A stretch of DNA of 64,000 nucleotides from Schmidtea nova (Eukaryota): assembly GCA_044892505.1 (NCBI GenBank), contig CM097882.1:240622001-240686000 (forward strand). Reading direction: 5' to 3'. A program made the position numbers and the translations under genes. The notes below the pieces were generated by a model. It made no database searches. It was not told where the DNA came from and saw only the letters and a program-made list of their open reading frames with translations. Below, piece after piece: positions 8,924 to 21,888 of the stretch. Every line of letters begins with the position of its first letter. Position 1 is the stretch's first letter.

Positions 8924-9220
8924 TTGAGCGCTCCCCCTACTCTACTCGCATGCCCATTCACCGTGTGGGACCACCCACGCCATCATGTATGGTATCAAGG
9001 ATGCTCCAATTGGCCCATAATTCCGGACGAAGAATTCGAACAATGGCACTCGGAGTGTTTCGTCCTGATGTTGGACGAAAATGGATTCCCAAATTGCGTC
9101 ATTTATTGGGGCTATATTCCCGCCTCAACGTTCAAGCAGCTAGGCATCATTTTTAATATCGCGATCAGGCCACTCAGAGAAAGCGAAAAGGAACGTCTAA
9201 AGGAACCCACCAACTCCTAA
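8924..9220 (+). CDS. Hypothetical 98-aa ORF, unknown
   Basis: GC-richer open frame upstream of the coiled-coil ORF; no homology recognised; TTG start. Confidence 0.25.
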   Translation: MSAPPTLLACPFTVWDHPRHHVWYQGCSNWPIIPDEEFEQWHSECFVLMLDENGFPNCVIYWGYIPASTFKQLGIIFNIAIRPLRESEKERLKEPTNS

Positions 9221-9545
9221 ACGAATTCAAAACAAACATGCAAATCCGTGCTATCTTTTCCTACCAGGGAAAAATGTCCATGAGGTGATTTAATTTAATC
9301 AATGTATTTGTAAATGAGAGTTTCTTTTAGTTAGTTGGTAGTAGTTGATCGAAATTTATTCAAAATCCATAAATCGTGAAGAGTGACGATAAAATCTTTG
9401 TAGACTCCCGTTGATTTTGGTTAATACATGTATTAGAATTGATGTGTTTCTTTTTGTCTGTTCGATAAACGATTAATCTAACTTAATTAAAATTTATAAC
9501 TCATAAAATATATAATTAAGAGTTTCGATAAATATTCAGAATTAA

Positions 9546-10130
9546 ATGACTTCTACTGAAAAATCAATGAAATTTACTAGCCAAGTCCAAGAACGAAAGA
9601 TGAGAGATCAATAAAGGCAGATCAAGCGACTCACAGTCGCAAATGAAGAACTTAAAACTAGATGGTTTTCTCCAGATCAAATGAAGACACAACTATCGAC
9701 AATGGCCAGACTACAAGGAGCATTAACTGAGACCAAGACGGAGCTCAATGCAGTACAAAGAGAGCTGCGAAATTGCCTCAATTCGGTGACGAAAACATAT
9801 ATAGATACCGAATTGCGAGCTTTAATCCGTCCAATTACGGCTCAGCGATGGACAAAGAATCAATATCAGGAGATTGCAAATGGAACGGAGAACGAACATA
9901 TCATATCTCCAAATTCTATGATGGACGCTCCCTCCATTCTTCGCAGCAGCCAACCAGAGCCAGTAGCCCCCACAACAGCGGTCAACAAACAACGAAAGAA
10001 CCGATTAGGATCACGACAAAGGCGTCGTTGCCGAGAATTCGCTCAGCGAATGAACATGCAAGTCGATCAATTAAGCGAGTTAACAGAACTAGAACTGATG
10101 GACGAAATCGACTTGGATTTTATGAAATAA
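9546..10130 (+). pseudogene. Unknown coiled-coil ORF with one in-frame stop; paralogue of 49055-49625
   Basis: Shared blocks TRWFS/RTWFS, QRW/ERW and KNRLGSRQRRRCREFAQRMNMQVDQLSELTE vs RNRLGAKRRRERRAFAEQMGIEVDLLSGLTE; AATAAA downstream. Confidence 0.6.
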
Positions 10131-10873
10131 AATGTTGATGTTGCTGTGTTTAAAATAAAGAAATTTTCTAGTTAAAGAGTTATTAATTGAGTTTGGTATT
10201 GCCTCTCCTCGTACAAAGTACTCACATTAAATAAATCAAAACTAAATAAATCAAGTTAAGAATAAGTTCCTAAACAAAATTATCAATCAAAAGCAAAGGG
10301 CTGAAGGTTTGTTCAAAGGTGATGGTTTCAGTCAATGGGTGCACTAAGATTTAAGAGTAAATTTGACATATTGGGACGAATGGAAATAGAATTAAAATAC
10401 GTAAGACCTTCTATCGGCAGCACGAACCCGATGGAAGATAAATGGGGAGTAGTTCTGGTAACAGAGCTTATCTGCCCATCATTTTTCCACCACCGTATGC
10501 AGTACCAACTTGGCTAGTAGGGAATAGTCAAGGGCATACGCGTGTTGACGATCAGTTTATGCAAGGTTGTGGATAAGGGATCCCTAGAATACGACAGTTC
10601 AAGCAAACATATTTCACAAACCCGCCCGCAACCCCATCAGCTTCAATCACCTCCGTTTGTTTTGAAGCCTTGGCATTTGGCCAATTTCTTTCTGATACGG
10701 GATTTTCGTCATCTCTTTCTTTCCTTCTCTCCTCTCTTAACATTGTCGTTTGAATTAGCTTAGTTTCTTGCAATGGGAGTATTCTATGTTAAAACATTTT
10801 GCTTTTATATAAACTTCTTTAAATTTCCAACAATGTCTTGGTCTCATGGTACCATTTTTTCAGACTGGTATTA

Positions 10874-10910
<37 letters not shown>

Positions 10911-12189
10911 CATCAGTTTATCATTACCTTCGTTGTTGTTTATTATTGTAATTATTCAGTCGTCATTAACCTGAAACTTGTCTTTGTAGCTGTTTTCGTA
11001 TTTGCGGTCGAGTACTATAAGTGGCTCAAACCCGAAAAGTAAAGTTTGAGCAATTTTTTCTACACTATCAAAATTAGCTTTTAAAGTTTTATTACTGATT
11101 TAATTCTATTGATTTTAGCACTTAAATTTGTTGGGTTATATTAGTTAAGTGAACAAAATATTCTGATTTTCGTGTTTGCCTTGTGTTTGCGGCTAGATTT
11201 CCAGATCCATATGTTTTTATTAAATTTTTAGTAAATGAATTATGTTATTATATGAGACCCAACACACTTTCAAATATTTATATATTACATCTTCACGTAG
11301 TATCTAACTGCAGCACAGAAACAATTCTTTTAAGTGTTCAAAATGTAATTATTTAATTATTTAAACAAACTACATTTTACATGCAGCTGAAGTCTTTATT
11401 GTTGGTGTTTAAAATAAAGCTCAGAAATTAGATTTCAAATTATGAAATAAATTCCCTATTTCAGAATTCAAAAGATCAAATTCTTCAAAAATTATATTCC
11501 AAAAGTAAATTTGTCGAAGATTGTTATACACTGGTAAGTCTTAATTACTATTTTTTCGTAATATTAATAAATTTAGTTACTTAATCCATACACTACCAAT
11601 ATTGCTTGCGTTGGAGACTTCAGTGAAATGAGATATATAAAAATGTTGAATTGTACAAGATTTTCTGTAGTATCAGAAATTTTGGAAGCAACATTTATTG
11701 GTTTCCCAGTTCCAAAATTGGCAAGTTACAAAAAAGCACTTGATAAAGAGTAAGACTTGTTTTATTATCTTTCAGTATATTGAATGATGTGTGTTTGATT
11801 AAATTGGTTGATTAAATTTATGACGTAACGATTGTGTTTAGCTGCTCAGATATTTATATGACTTATGATCCTTAAAAAGAGAATATTATTGTTATATTAA
11901 ATAAATATGAAATTGTTAAAAACTCTAATATTTTATAACTGCTAGTATATTTATACTAAAGTGAAAGAAATCTAGAAATAATCGATAATATCTCTTTTAA
12001 TACGCAAATAAGTGAAATTTATTTTCCTTCCAATACGTTAGCACAATGTAAAACATATCCAAATGCCCATTATTAAAATATCATCACTCAAAGCGCGTGA
12101 CCATATTTTGTATTCTGATTTTATAGTAACATTTTAACAAAAACCTTCAAAGGTACCAAAAACAAAGGTAATGGAAAAAATGTGGAAAT

Positions 12190-12234
<45 letters not shown>

Positions 12235-13416
12235 AACCTAATCTCATGCACATAGTGTTCCATAATTATTCTGCCTTCATAACTAGGAAAACAATATCAG
12301 CAAACACAAACACGGTTAAACTACTCAATTTCATACAAATTATTTACAGTAAAAATATGACGTAAAAATATATGGTGTTGTTATTTATACACAAGATATA
12401 AGAGGGAACGACGAGAAAAGGTTCACAGGACAGATGAACAGTCGAGCTCGGTATTGCTTGAGAAACATATTTATAGTCCCAATAATACGACCAGCGACTG
12501 CTACTTCTTTAACATTTAAAGAAGCATCTACAATAGAAATCGTTCAGAGACACCAAGGATTTACAGAACGCGGTAGACGAGTTCTACGATGAAAGCAAAT
12601 TGGATTCCATCAAAAGTTCATTTCTAAAACTCCTATACGTTGACAGAAATGCATAAAGCGACTTCGCTTATACGTATAAATAAAGTCTTCCTTATGTTGA
12701 TCTTAACGTGTTTAAAAATTAAAAGTTGTACTGAGTTTATTCTCAACTCAAGTCAAGGAATTATTGGACATATAACGTATATAATTACATATTAAAAACA
12801 AAGTTTTTTTTCTATTTTATATATTTATTCTAACTATTTAAAATTGAATTTTTAAATAAATAATTTTAAAATTAAATTGAAATTTTTTAAAATAACACAT
12901 CGAAAGAAAGTGATAAAATATTATCATGCTTTTCCAATAATATTCGATTTATTTAATGGCATAAAAATCAATAATATTTATTTAGAAAATATATTTAGTA
13001 TTTACATAAAAATTTCTTTTAAAAATTTCCACTGTTACAGATTTAATATTTATTTTAAATAATTTTTATTTGTATTAAATGTGAAATATCGCTATTATTG
13101 CGGTTATTCTTTTTTATTATTTATCATTAATTATAATAAATTTAATTTAAGTGTTCAAAATCATTTTTTTAGAATTAAAAAAATCTGTACTTTTATTAAT
13201 TAATATTCTTATTTTCAATTTTCCTTACCTTAAATTTTTTAGACAAAAAATTATTAGTTGTTCCATTTAGCACAAATTTTCCGCATAGCTTTATCCAAAT
13301 GTTTTTTTAATAATGTAATTTTTTAAAGTAAAAATTTATTATACAAGTTTCATTTTATTTGAAAAATACTAACTTGGTTGGAAAAAACTTCAGCATAAAT
13401 TATATTTCATCAAGTA

Positions 13417-13885
13417 CAGAGGCGTAACTAAGGTATGGCAGGCATGGCACGTGCCATGGGCGCCAGCTGAAGGGGGCGCGAAAAAACGCCTAACGTATAA
13501 ATACGCAAATGAAAATAAAAAAATATTTTTATAGATATAAATATGTGTATTAAAAAAGTGCGTAGGAAAAAGCACGCATTCGTTTTTCGTTTGTTTGTCC
13601 ATGTTCTCTATGCCTCTAGCTTTCTCTCTCTCTACAAATGTGATTTTTTATTTAAATAAAAAGGCAGAATAGTAGCGTGTGTTGTGTTCTGTGCTAAAGC
13701 TAATTTGCGTCAGCTAAAGCAAGTAAAATAAATTTGTAATAAAGTGTTTAACGATTTAACTCGTGTGCTTTTTTGCCCAATTCTAAAGTAGTTTTTTAGA
13801 AAATAAATCGTAAGTAACCTATCGTCGGGGAGTGGCGCAAGATCGGTGTTTGCCATAGGCACCATTTACCCTAGGTACGCCACTG
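13417..13885. mobile_element. hAT-type MITE, 469 bp
   Basis: TIRs CAGAGGCGTAACTAAGGT / ACCCTAGGTACGCCACTG; perfect 8-bp TSD ATCAAGTA at 13409-13416 and 13886-13893. Confidence 0.92.
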
Positions 13886-16570
13886 ATCAAGTAACATTCA
13901 GTATTATTTAATAAAGTTTACACATTTGTTAAGTGTGTTGAGACTGAAGTAAAATAAAATCTGAATGCAAAGAAAACTGCGTGTAAAAGAACAAAATGGT
14001 AGAATATAGAACAATTCTAAAAGATAATAAAAGAACTGAAAATTGATTACAAATTAGTATTTTTTGTGGAAATGGATATGAACAGATGGCAAATGATAAA
14101 ACAAACATAAATATGTTGAGAATAACTATTAATAAATTAAATATCATCACAGACAAATAAAATGATTGGGGGAAAATGGACAGGATAAATGATATGATAA
14201 TTTACAATTCGGAGAACCAGGAAAGAAAAGTAAAAATTGAGAAATAAGAAGATGGAAGTAAAAAAAAGAAATTGAACAATTAGCCAGAAAAAATGATTCC
14301 TTATATAAAAGTACAAAAACAAAAAAGAACAAAAACAATAAAAACAAGAAAAAATATTATATCTTGATAGCTTGTCAGAGATATCAGGATTGAATGAGAA
14401 AAAGTTGAAATAACAAAAAAGGGAACTATGACATATCTCGACAGCTGTCACAGATAATGCAGAGGTAGGAGAAAAATATGAAGTATGCTGGGGCCAAAAA
14501 CGGGAAAAATAAAAGTTATCTCGAAAGACAGAAAATGACGAGCTTTAAAAGGGAAAGCCACAGTAATTGAATAGAGAAAATTTATATTGGTAGAACAATT
14601 ATAGGCTTCGATAAATTACATAAATTACATTGGATAAGTTTTATATGTAATTGGAAATTTTATAATGAGTATATAAAGAAAACGAAGCAAACGAGAATTA
14701 AAAATGATTCAAAGTATATTCATTAAATTATCAAGTTAAATCATGAAAACAACAGAAATAAATTGCCAATAATTGATTCTAAATCAGTGGTCAGTGATTG
14801 ATGTATTCTAGATATAATACATTAGGGCTATTCCTCACGAAAAGTTTTAATAAGCTCTTTATATTTGCCTATTTCTGTGTTGAACTGATCGTGTCATTGT
14901 AATTTGTGTAATCAACTGAGATAATCAATAAAGGTGTACATTGTCTGAAAATTGTTGTTTTGTAGATCAAATAAAGCATGCTTTGGAGTCAGAGAATTAA
15001 TTAGTAAATTTTAATTTCACCAAGAAGATAGTAACCCAACAAATATAGTAATATAAATTTGATTTGAGATTCCTAGAAAATTTGATTTGAAAAATACAAA
15101 TTAATTAATTGAGAAAAGCAAATAAATTTTATATCCGAATGGAATCCCAAGATTGACAAGTGAAGTGTCAGTCTGTCAAGAATTAAACAAATCTTTTAAT
15201 TTTACCAAATTTTATTTGGTTCCTCGTATGCAATAAATTGAATTTTGAAACAGTTGACTAGCAGGAAGACCTATAAAATGAATAAAAAAAATCACTGAAA
15301 TCACCATTCTGGTCAAAAAGATAAGAGTAAAAAGTTAAATTATTTAAAAAGACAAAAAGAAAAGAGCTTTTATCAGAGTTAATCAGATTCGTTTTATTGA
15401 TTAGGGTGATTTCTCTTAGAGACACCTGCCCTTATTATAAAAGAAAATGTAATTTGTATTGGTGAAAATTTGAAATAATGTAATTTGTAGTAATAATAAA
15501 AGGTTATAGTGTTGAATTATTAATTTTATTGATCAAGAACACACTGAGTTAGATTTGCAGTTCAGTCCTACCAAATTATAGTTATTGAATAATCACGCAG
15601 TCATATTCATCAACAAATATGAAGTTAATTTAGCAAATTAGAGGAAGGTTAAAAATCTATATGAACATTTTAGAAAAGAATCTATGGTTTCCCAAATGCA
15701 TGCAAATTTGATCTCAAACTTACATGTATTCTTAAGAAATCACTAAGCATTTATATTTTAAGAATATATTTAAAGATCCTTTATAGGTTTGGCAAAACGT
15801 CTTCTCCATTGACATATTTTTCTTCGAAACCTCTTATGGCTCTTAAATTAATTGAATGAGATAAAATGGAACTTTATTTTAAAATAGTTTCTTATCCATG
15901 ATCCTAGGTGACCATATTTTGAAAATGTCAAACAAGGACAAAATGAAAAAATGAAAAACCCAAATGAAATAGGACAAAACATTTTACCAACATTAATTTT
16001 TCGTTAGTATTAAATCGAGTCGTTAAAAGGAAGCAAGAGGAATAACAAAACAATAAATTAAAAACTAAGATTATAATAAAACGAATAATAAAATGATATA
16101 AAGAAATAAAGGTGAAGATTATTATTTAAACATGAACAGTTTTATTATTTAATTTTAGAGCTGATATACTTGCTACTGTGTACAAGACAAATATGCAGCC
16201 AGTATCAAAAGTTAAGATCTACCAACAATATAAACAAAATTATTATATAGTAAACAACACATACTCTCTCATTTCATTTCAATATTTAAAATATAAAAGA
16301 AATGTATAACATAGAAATACAAACATAAAATAGAAAAACAAAGCAAGTCAGCAAAATCTCGAAAGCACAGTATCCATACTCAAAAAGCATATTCAATAAT
16401 AAAAAAGACATTCATTTTGAACAATCAATGAAAGCAATTTCAAAATTTAAGTACTTGTTATATATTTATATATAATCAATCATTAATTTAAAGTTGTTTT
16501 AATAACTAAAATTTTATGTTTAAAAAATATTTGAATTTAACTAGTTTCTAGTATTCAGTACTTCTTAACA

Positions 16571-17347
16571 ATGGCGTCACCGCACATGTTAGGAGAATTA
16601 AACCTGCAATGCGCAGAAGAAGCCAAATGCTGGCTCCTAGCATTTTCAGCTATATCGAGATGCAACCTGTCAACATCAGAAGACAGTGGCAGAATTTTGA
16701 CAATCAATTTCATGGCCAGATGCGGAATTAAAGCCTTAATGAAAACTCAGACAATTGTGGAACCCGAGAAGATTGAAGAAATGGAATTCGAGAAAATTCA
16801 CAAAGCCCTGTTGCAGTATCTTGAACCAAAAAGAAGACTGGTTATTGTGGAGAGAACAAAGTTCTATATGACAAAGCAAATAGCCAACGAATCAATAGCC
16901 GATTTTGTCACAAGACTAAAGACAAGGGCACGATTCTGTGAATTCGAGCAGTTAAAGAATGTAATCGACCCTACAGAGGAGATGTTAAAAATAGCAGTAT
17001 TGACAGGAATTCGGGACAAAGCAACACAAGAGAAGGTTCTCATACAATGTCAGGACAATTGCAAATCAATTCACGAGATCCAGAACATTATTCAGAACAT
17101 AGAACAAATACAATTATTCATCAAAGGCGAAGAAAACATCACAGAAAATGTAGGAGATAAAGAATTCGAGATAAACTTTTCAAAGCAAAAGTCAACCATG
17201 AAACTGTTACAAACTCCAAATTTTGCCGATCGAATCACAAGAAAAGACAATGTCCAGCATTCAACAAAGAATGCAAACTATGTGGGAAAAGAAACCATCT
17301 GGCAAAAGTGTGCCGATCGACCCAGCTCTCAAAAGAAACTAAGGTAA
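16571..17347 (+). CDS. gag: Gypsy gag
   Basis: YLEPKR..IVERTKFY..KQ..NESIADFVTRLK..ARFCEF retrotransposon gag motif; starts 1 nt after the 5' LTR. Confidence 0.85.
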   Translation: MASPHMLGELNLQCAEEAKCWLLAFSAISRCNLSTSEDSGRILTINFMARCGIKALMKTQTIVEPEKIEEMEFEKIHKALLQYLEPKRRLVIVERTKFYMTKQIANESIADFVTRLKTRARFCEFEQLKNVIDPTEEMLKIAVLTGIRDKATQEKVLIQCQDNCKSIHEIQNIIQNIEQIQLFIKGEENITENVGDKEFEINFSKQKSTMKLLQTPNFADRITRKDNVQHSTKNANYVGKETIWQKCADRPSSQKKLR

Positions 17348-18159
17348 TGAATTATATATCTGAGAACGAGGAGGAGTATGGCATATATCATGTCGAGACT
17401 GTAAAGCAAGTTGGGGATAATATAGAGACGTACACAATCAAGTCAGTACCGGTAAAAATGCAATTAAACACAGGAGCCACTGTATCAATAATATCGACAT
17501 CAATATGGGAGTACTTAGGCAAACCCAAACTAAAGAAAACAACGAAGACTCTAGAAGCATATGACGGTCATTTACTGAAATCAACCGGTAAGTTCAACAC
17601 TACCATCGAAACGAAATCAAAAATATATCCGATCGAGTTAATAGTAGTATAATCTACGAAAGAATTTGGCCTGTTGGGCCAGGACATTATTTCGATCTTA
17701 AATGAAATGGAATTATCAATAAATCAAATCTCAAATGAAAAACACCCATCCGAAATTCTCCCGCCGATAAAAGGAATAAAAGCGTCAATGACACTAATCG
17801 AGAACTCGAAAGACGTATTTTGTCGAGCACGCCCGATACTCTTAGCATTAGAAAGCAAGGTGAACGATGAACTAACCCGATTAGAGAAGATAGGAATAAT
17901 CAGTCCATGCACAACCCCGGTTACGAATGCCTCGCCGGTGATTTGGAAAAAGAAGAGAAATAGGGAGTTAAGAATGTGTGTAGACTTCAAGGTGCATGTA
18001 AATGAGAGAATCAAAATGGATGCCTACCCTCTCTCGAATATTGAGACCATCTTCGCCAAATTAAAGAATGCCAAGGTCTTTGCAAAGTTAGATTTAACTT
18101 CAGCTTACTGGCAAATCGAGCTAGACGAACAAGCAAAGAAATTGGATTTGAGAAGGAGA
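17308..18159 (+). pseudogene. pol: Gypsy protease and N-terminal RT fragment
   Basis: MQLNTGATVSII (catalytic D to N), ASPVIW..LRMCVDFK, KVFAKLDLTSAYWQIEL; truncated at the PPT. Confidence 0.88.
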
Positions 18160-19089
18160 TGTTATATATATATATATATATATTAAATCAATCTTTAATT
18201 TAAAGTTGTTTTAATAACTAAAATTTTATGTTTAATAAATATTTGAATTTAACTAGTTTCTAGTATTCAGTACTTCAGAACAGTACTTTTAAAGAAAATA
18301 AGATCAATAATATTTAAAAGAAAGAAAAATAAAATTTTTTAAAGCATTAAAGCTTTGACAATAAGGTTAGTAAACATTATACTTGAAAATCTCTAATATT
18401 TTGTAATTGAACAAGTTGGAGGACAGTAGAAATAAGTTGTTAGAAAGTGAAGAGATGTTTTACAAATTCTGTAACTATATGTGACAATGGTTTGTATTTC
18501 AATTGAAATCTAACTAATTGCTAATTCATGAAAGTAAAATGATTTTAAAAGGGTCGTTTGAATTATATTTTAATACTTTATAATTAAAGTTTATTATTAA
18601 ATAATTAATAAAAAGCAAATTAAACATTCTCAGAAAAGTCTTATTAGGTGAAAATCCTTGATTATATAAATAATCCTTATTAATCTTTTATTGTTTTTTT
18701 ATTAGTTATTTAATTATTGCTGCTACCAAGAAACCACTATTTTATAGTTTAAAAAATAATTAGAATAAAATCATAAAATATGTGTGAATAATTATTAACC
18801 GTCAAATAATCTTTTCTTTTAGAATTCAAATATTATCTAACACCGGGGTAACACTAAAATGGTTTCTGGAGGATTTAAAATCGAGCAATGACACCTGTGA
18901 AATTGGCTTATCGGAATCTTTATCAATTGGTTACAACAATTCAGCTGGCACATTTATTGTTACACTGATTATTTATGCAATTGGATGCAGTTTGATAGCT
19001 TTAGAACATTTTATTATATATTTAATAAAAATAAATTTCATTAAAAATTTTTAAACGAGTAGTTATTTTTAAATGCTAATTATTTTAAC

Positions 19090-19169
<80 letters not shown>

Positions 19170-19224
19170 TATTTTTATAAGTAATTATTATTATTATTTT
19201 TATAAGTTATTTTTAACTTGCATA

Positions 19225-19520
19225 TTTTTAACATGTCTTTGTTAAGTAGCAGCTGCATTGCAATGTCTTTATTTTAATTGTACAAAGGGGAAAATAATTT
19301 GCTGAAGGCATGTGCATCATACTTGTAATTACCTTGTAATTACTTGTAATTACATATACATATATATGTGTGTATTATATAGTTTTAAAAAATTTTGACC
19401 TTGGAGGGTATATTAATCATACTTGACTCGCAATTATTTTTTGAATGATGTATATATTATAAGGTTTTAAAATATTGAACCTTGGACCCTGGGAGGGTAT
19501 GACTATGATACTTGCCTTTA
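19225..19520 (+). mobile_element. Degenerate relic of Polinton TIR sequence (third copy)
   Basis: tgtctttgttaagt..ctgcattgcaatgtc matches 41465-41500; ggagggtatgactatgatacttg and gaatgatgtatatattataaggttt match the TIR minisatellite at 41660-41800. Confidence 0.7.
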
Positions 19521-19603
19521 GTTTGATATATTTCTAAATTAATTTGTGTTTTAATAATTATTTATTTGCCACTTTTTATAAAATGTTAATTAAATAAATT
19601 TAT

Positions 19604-20966
19604 GATGGAATTGAAGAATTTTAAAGCCGATTTTGATTTAATTGGCAAACACGTCGAAAATCGGAATGTCAGTACAGTTTTGAAATCAACAAAGTCGTTA
19701 ATGGAATACCTACCATAATCACACTGAACATCTGACGATATGATGGATGAGGATTAAAAGAAGCAGAAGAATGGATTAGTGGCATAGAATAATGACTGTT
19801 GACAAATGAACAGCGATTGACAAGCACCTTCGATGTGTTATTAGTGATAGAGACTAAGACATTGTGGGGTAATTTCAGAGAAACAGAAACAACAGATGTG
19901 AAAACAAAAACTTGGTTCTTAAATACATTCACAATTACGAAATAAATAACTGACAAAATCAAAGAATTAGCCGCTTTAGAACAGGAAGATGATGAACGTT
20001 TTGCAGTTTTTGAAATACGACTAAGGAAAGCTTTAGCTGACGTTATAAATTTAGGACAACCAGAAGAAAATATAATTCAAGATCTTATCGCAAATATAGC
20101 ACGCGATGCGAGACTGCGGAAGATATTATTGACAAACCAGAAACAGTATTTGAAGAAACGAGATCATTTGGCGTAGATTTCTGAGAGTAACAAAAATGGA
20201 AGCAATAACACAGGATTTATTAAAACAATCGGTCAAAGAACATTTGCTACCATGACTAAAAAAGGGCAGTTGAGAAGCCAACAGAATACTTAAGATACGA
20301 AGAGCCATTTAGTCATCAAAAATCAAGAAGAGACAAACATTCTATACGCGAATCAATAAATTACTAAGAAAATAACTGCGGTCGGCCAGAACAATTCCCA
20401 AGAGAACAATTTTTGAGAAACTCAAGAATGTCAGATGGCTTAGAAAGGAAACTGTCGACAATTTCCATGAAAAAACTTTCAAAAAAACTCGATAATGAAA
20501 GTAGAAGACTACCAAAAGTAACAGTAAGTGATTGTTTTTGCAGTGGTAAAAAGGGATACAGAAGATATGAGTGCCCACGGGGAAATAAGTGCCTGATATG
20601 TGGCAAAGGGGAACAGGAAAAGTCATAAAGACCCCGATGAGCTACTAGGGGAAATATTTAGAAGAATTCAAAAAAGCAGGATTTAAGATAAATCCAGAAA
20701 AATTGAATTCAATAAAACAGAAATGTGTTTCTTTAACAGTTTAAAAAAGGGTATCCTGACAAACAGGAAGAAAGTTGAAGAAATAGAGAAAGCAGAAATA
20801 TCAAAATGTTCGAAGCAATTAAGATCGTTTCTCGGATTAATGAACTACTTAAGAATATTCTTTAATGACTATGTCAGAATCGTAGAACCATTATATGCCA
20901 CAACATCTGAATGCGATAAAGATATAATTTGGACTAAAAAAAGTTCTTCGAAATCTTTACATGCTT
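19604..20966 (+). mobile_element. Decayed Gypsy gag (CCHC knuckles) and RT C-terminal fragment
   Basis: CFCSGKKGY..ECP..KCLICGK zinc-knuckle relic; KINPEK..F and KQLRSFLGLMNYLRIF..Y..IVEPLY RT thumb motif. The 5' flank recurs at about 45450-45540. Confidence 0.8.
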
Positions 20967-21440
20967 AAAAACTATTAATATTCAACTAATTACTCATTGG
21001 CTTTTTCTAATATATCAAAATATTTGTATTTTAAAAAACTTTGATTTCGAAGAACTTTCTACAATTGAATCTACTTAAGAAATAATGATCGTTTTTAACC
21101 ATTTTACAGTCATTTAACCCATTTTACAAACATTTACCATATTTTGCAATATTTTAACCCATTTTTGTATCATCAAGAAGTACTTAAAATCATTGATTAA
21201 TAAATTATTGATAATTAAATACCGATATTGTCAATAATTTTAAAAGTTTGTACTAAATTTAGTCTGAAAATAATAATTATACTCTGTAAAATTGATTATT
21301 ATTTAAGGGAAATGATAGAAAATTTACATGTTCTTGAATACCATAATTGTATGATGCAAGCAATACAAGTGCATGACTCATGTAGTACTTACATAACACG
21401 GCATATACAGTGCAACTATTTCACACAAGCGTAATAAGCA

Positions 21441-21533
21441 TTGGTCGCTTGATTGGTGTGAGAGGTGGTGGGGCGAGCCTGGAACCTGAAGCCGTTAGAC
21501 GGTCTTATCGAAATCTATAAAAAATCTTATATG
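21441..21533 (+). other. Upstream module plus spliced-leader copy A (SL 21491-21533)
   Basis: GCCGTTAGACGGTCTTATCGAAATCTATAAAAAATCTTATATG matches the planarian SL as recalled; not followed by GT; preceded by ttggtcgc..gtgagag..gtggggcgagcctggaacctgaa. Confidence 0.85.
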
Positions 21534-21888
21534 GCAACTTTAGTGGAAATAAGGTAAAAATATAATAGCCACCAAAATAAAACTCCAGAAGAAGTGATTG
21601 AAATCTTAGAGAATAAACAAAATGAAAACCAAACTAAATGTCTGCTACAAGAATAAAGCTGGTATTCAGAAAATGCTTGTGCCTGAAAATAATTCCTCCG
21701 CCGTGCTTGTTGATGAAAAGAAAAGCTTAAATCTAATTAAAAGTCTAAATGCAGAAATCACTGACTACAAAGTGAAAATTGATGATCTTGATGATGAAAT
21801 TTTGGTTTTGAAACAATTTGAAAATGTTCAAACTCAAGATCCAGAAGCAACCCAAAAAGAAGCTTTATTACAAAATTTTGAAAATTGA
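21531..21888 (+). pseudogene. Unidentified SL-initiated processed mRNA fragment
   Basis: Frame opens at the SL ATG (MATLVEIR*...) and is interrupted by stops and frameshifts; coiled-coil-like translation; not identified. Confidence 0.45.

Larger units (their letters stand above)
16456..18282 (+). mobile_element. Internally deleted Ty3/Gypsy LTR retrotransposon, 1.83 kb
   Basis: TG..CA LTRs at 16456-16570 and 18160-18282, 5-bp TSD GTACT, TGG-type PBS at 16572, purine tract before the 3' LTR. Confidence 0.92.

Noticed and set aside
11500-12720. Possible host exons or transposon relics with coding-like composition
   Set aside because: No recognisable motif or consistent splice structure.
21491-21533. 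SL copies as genuine SL RNA genes
   Set aside because: None of the three is followed by the GT donor and an Sm-site-containing intron; each continues into coding sequence.
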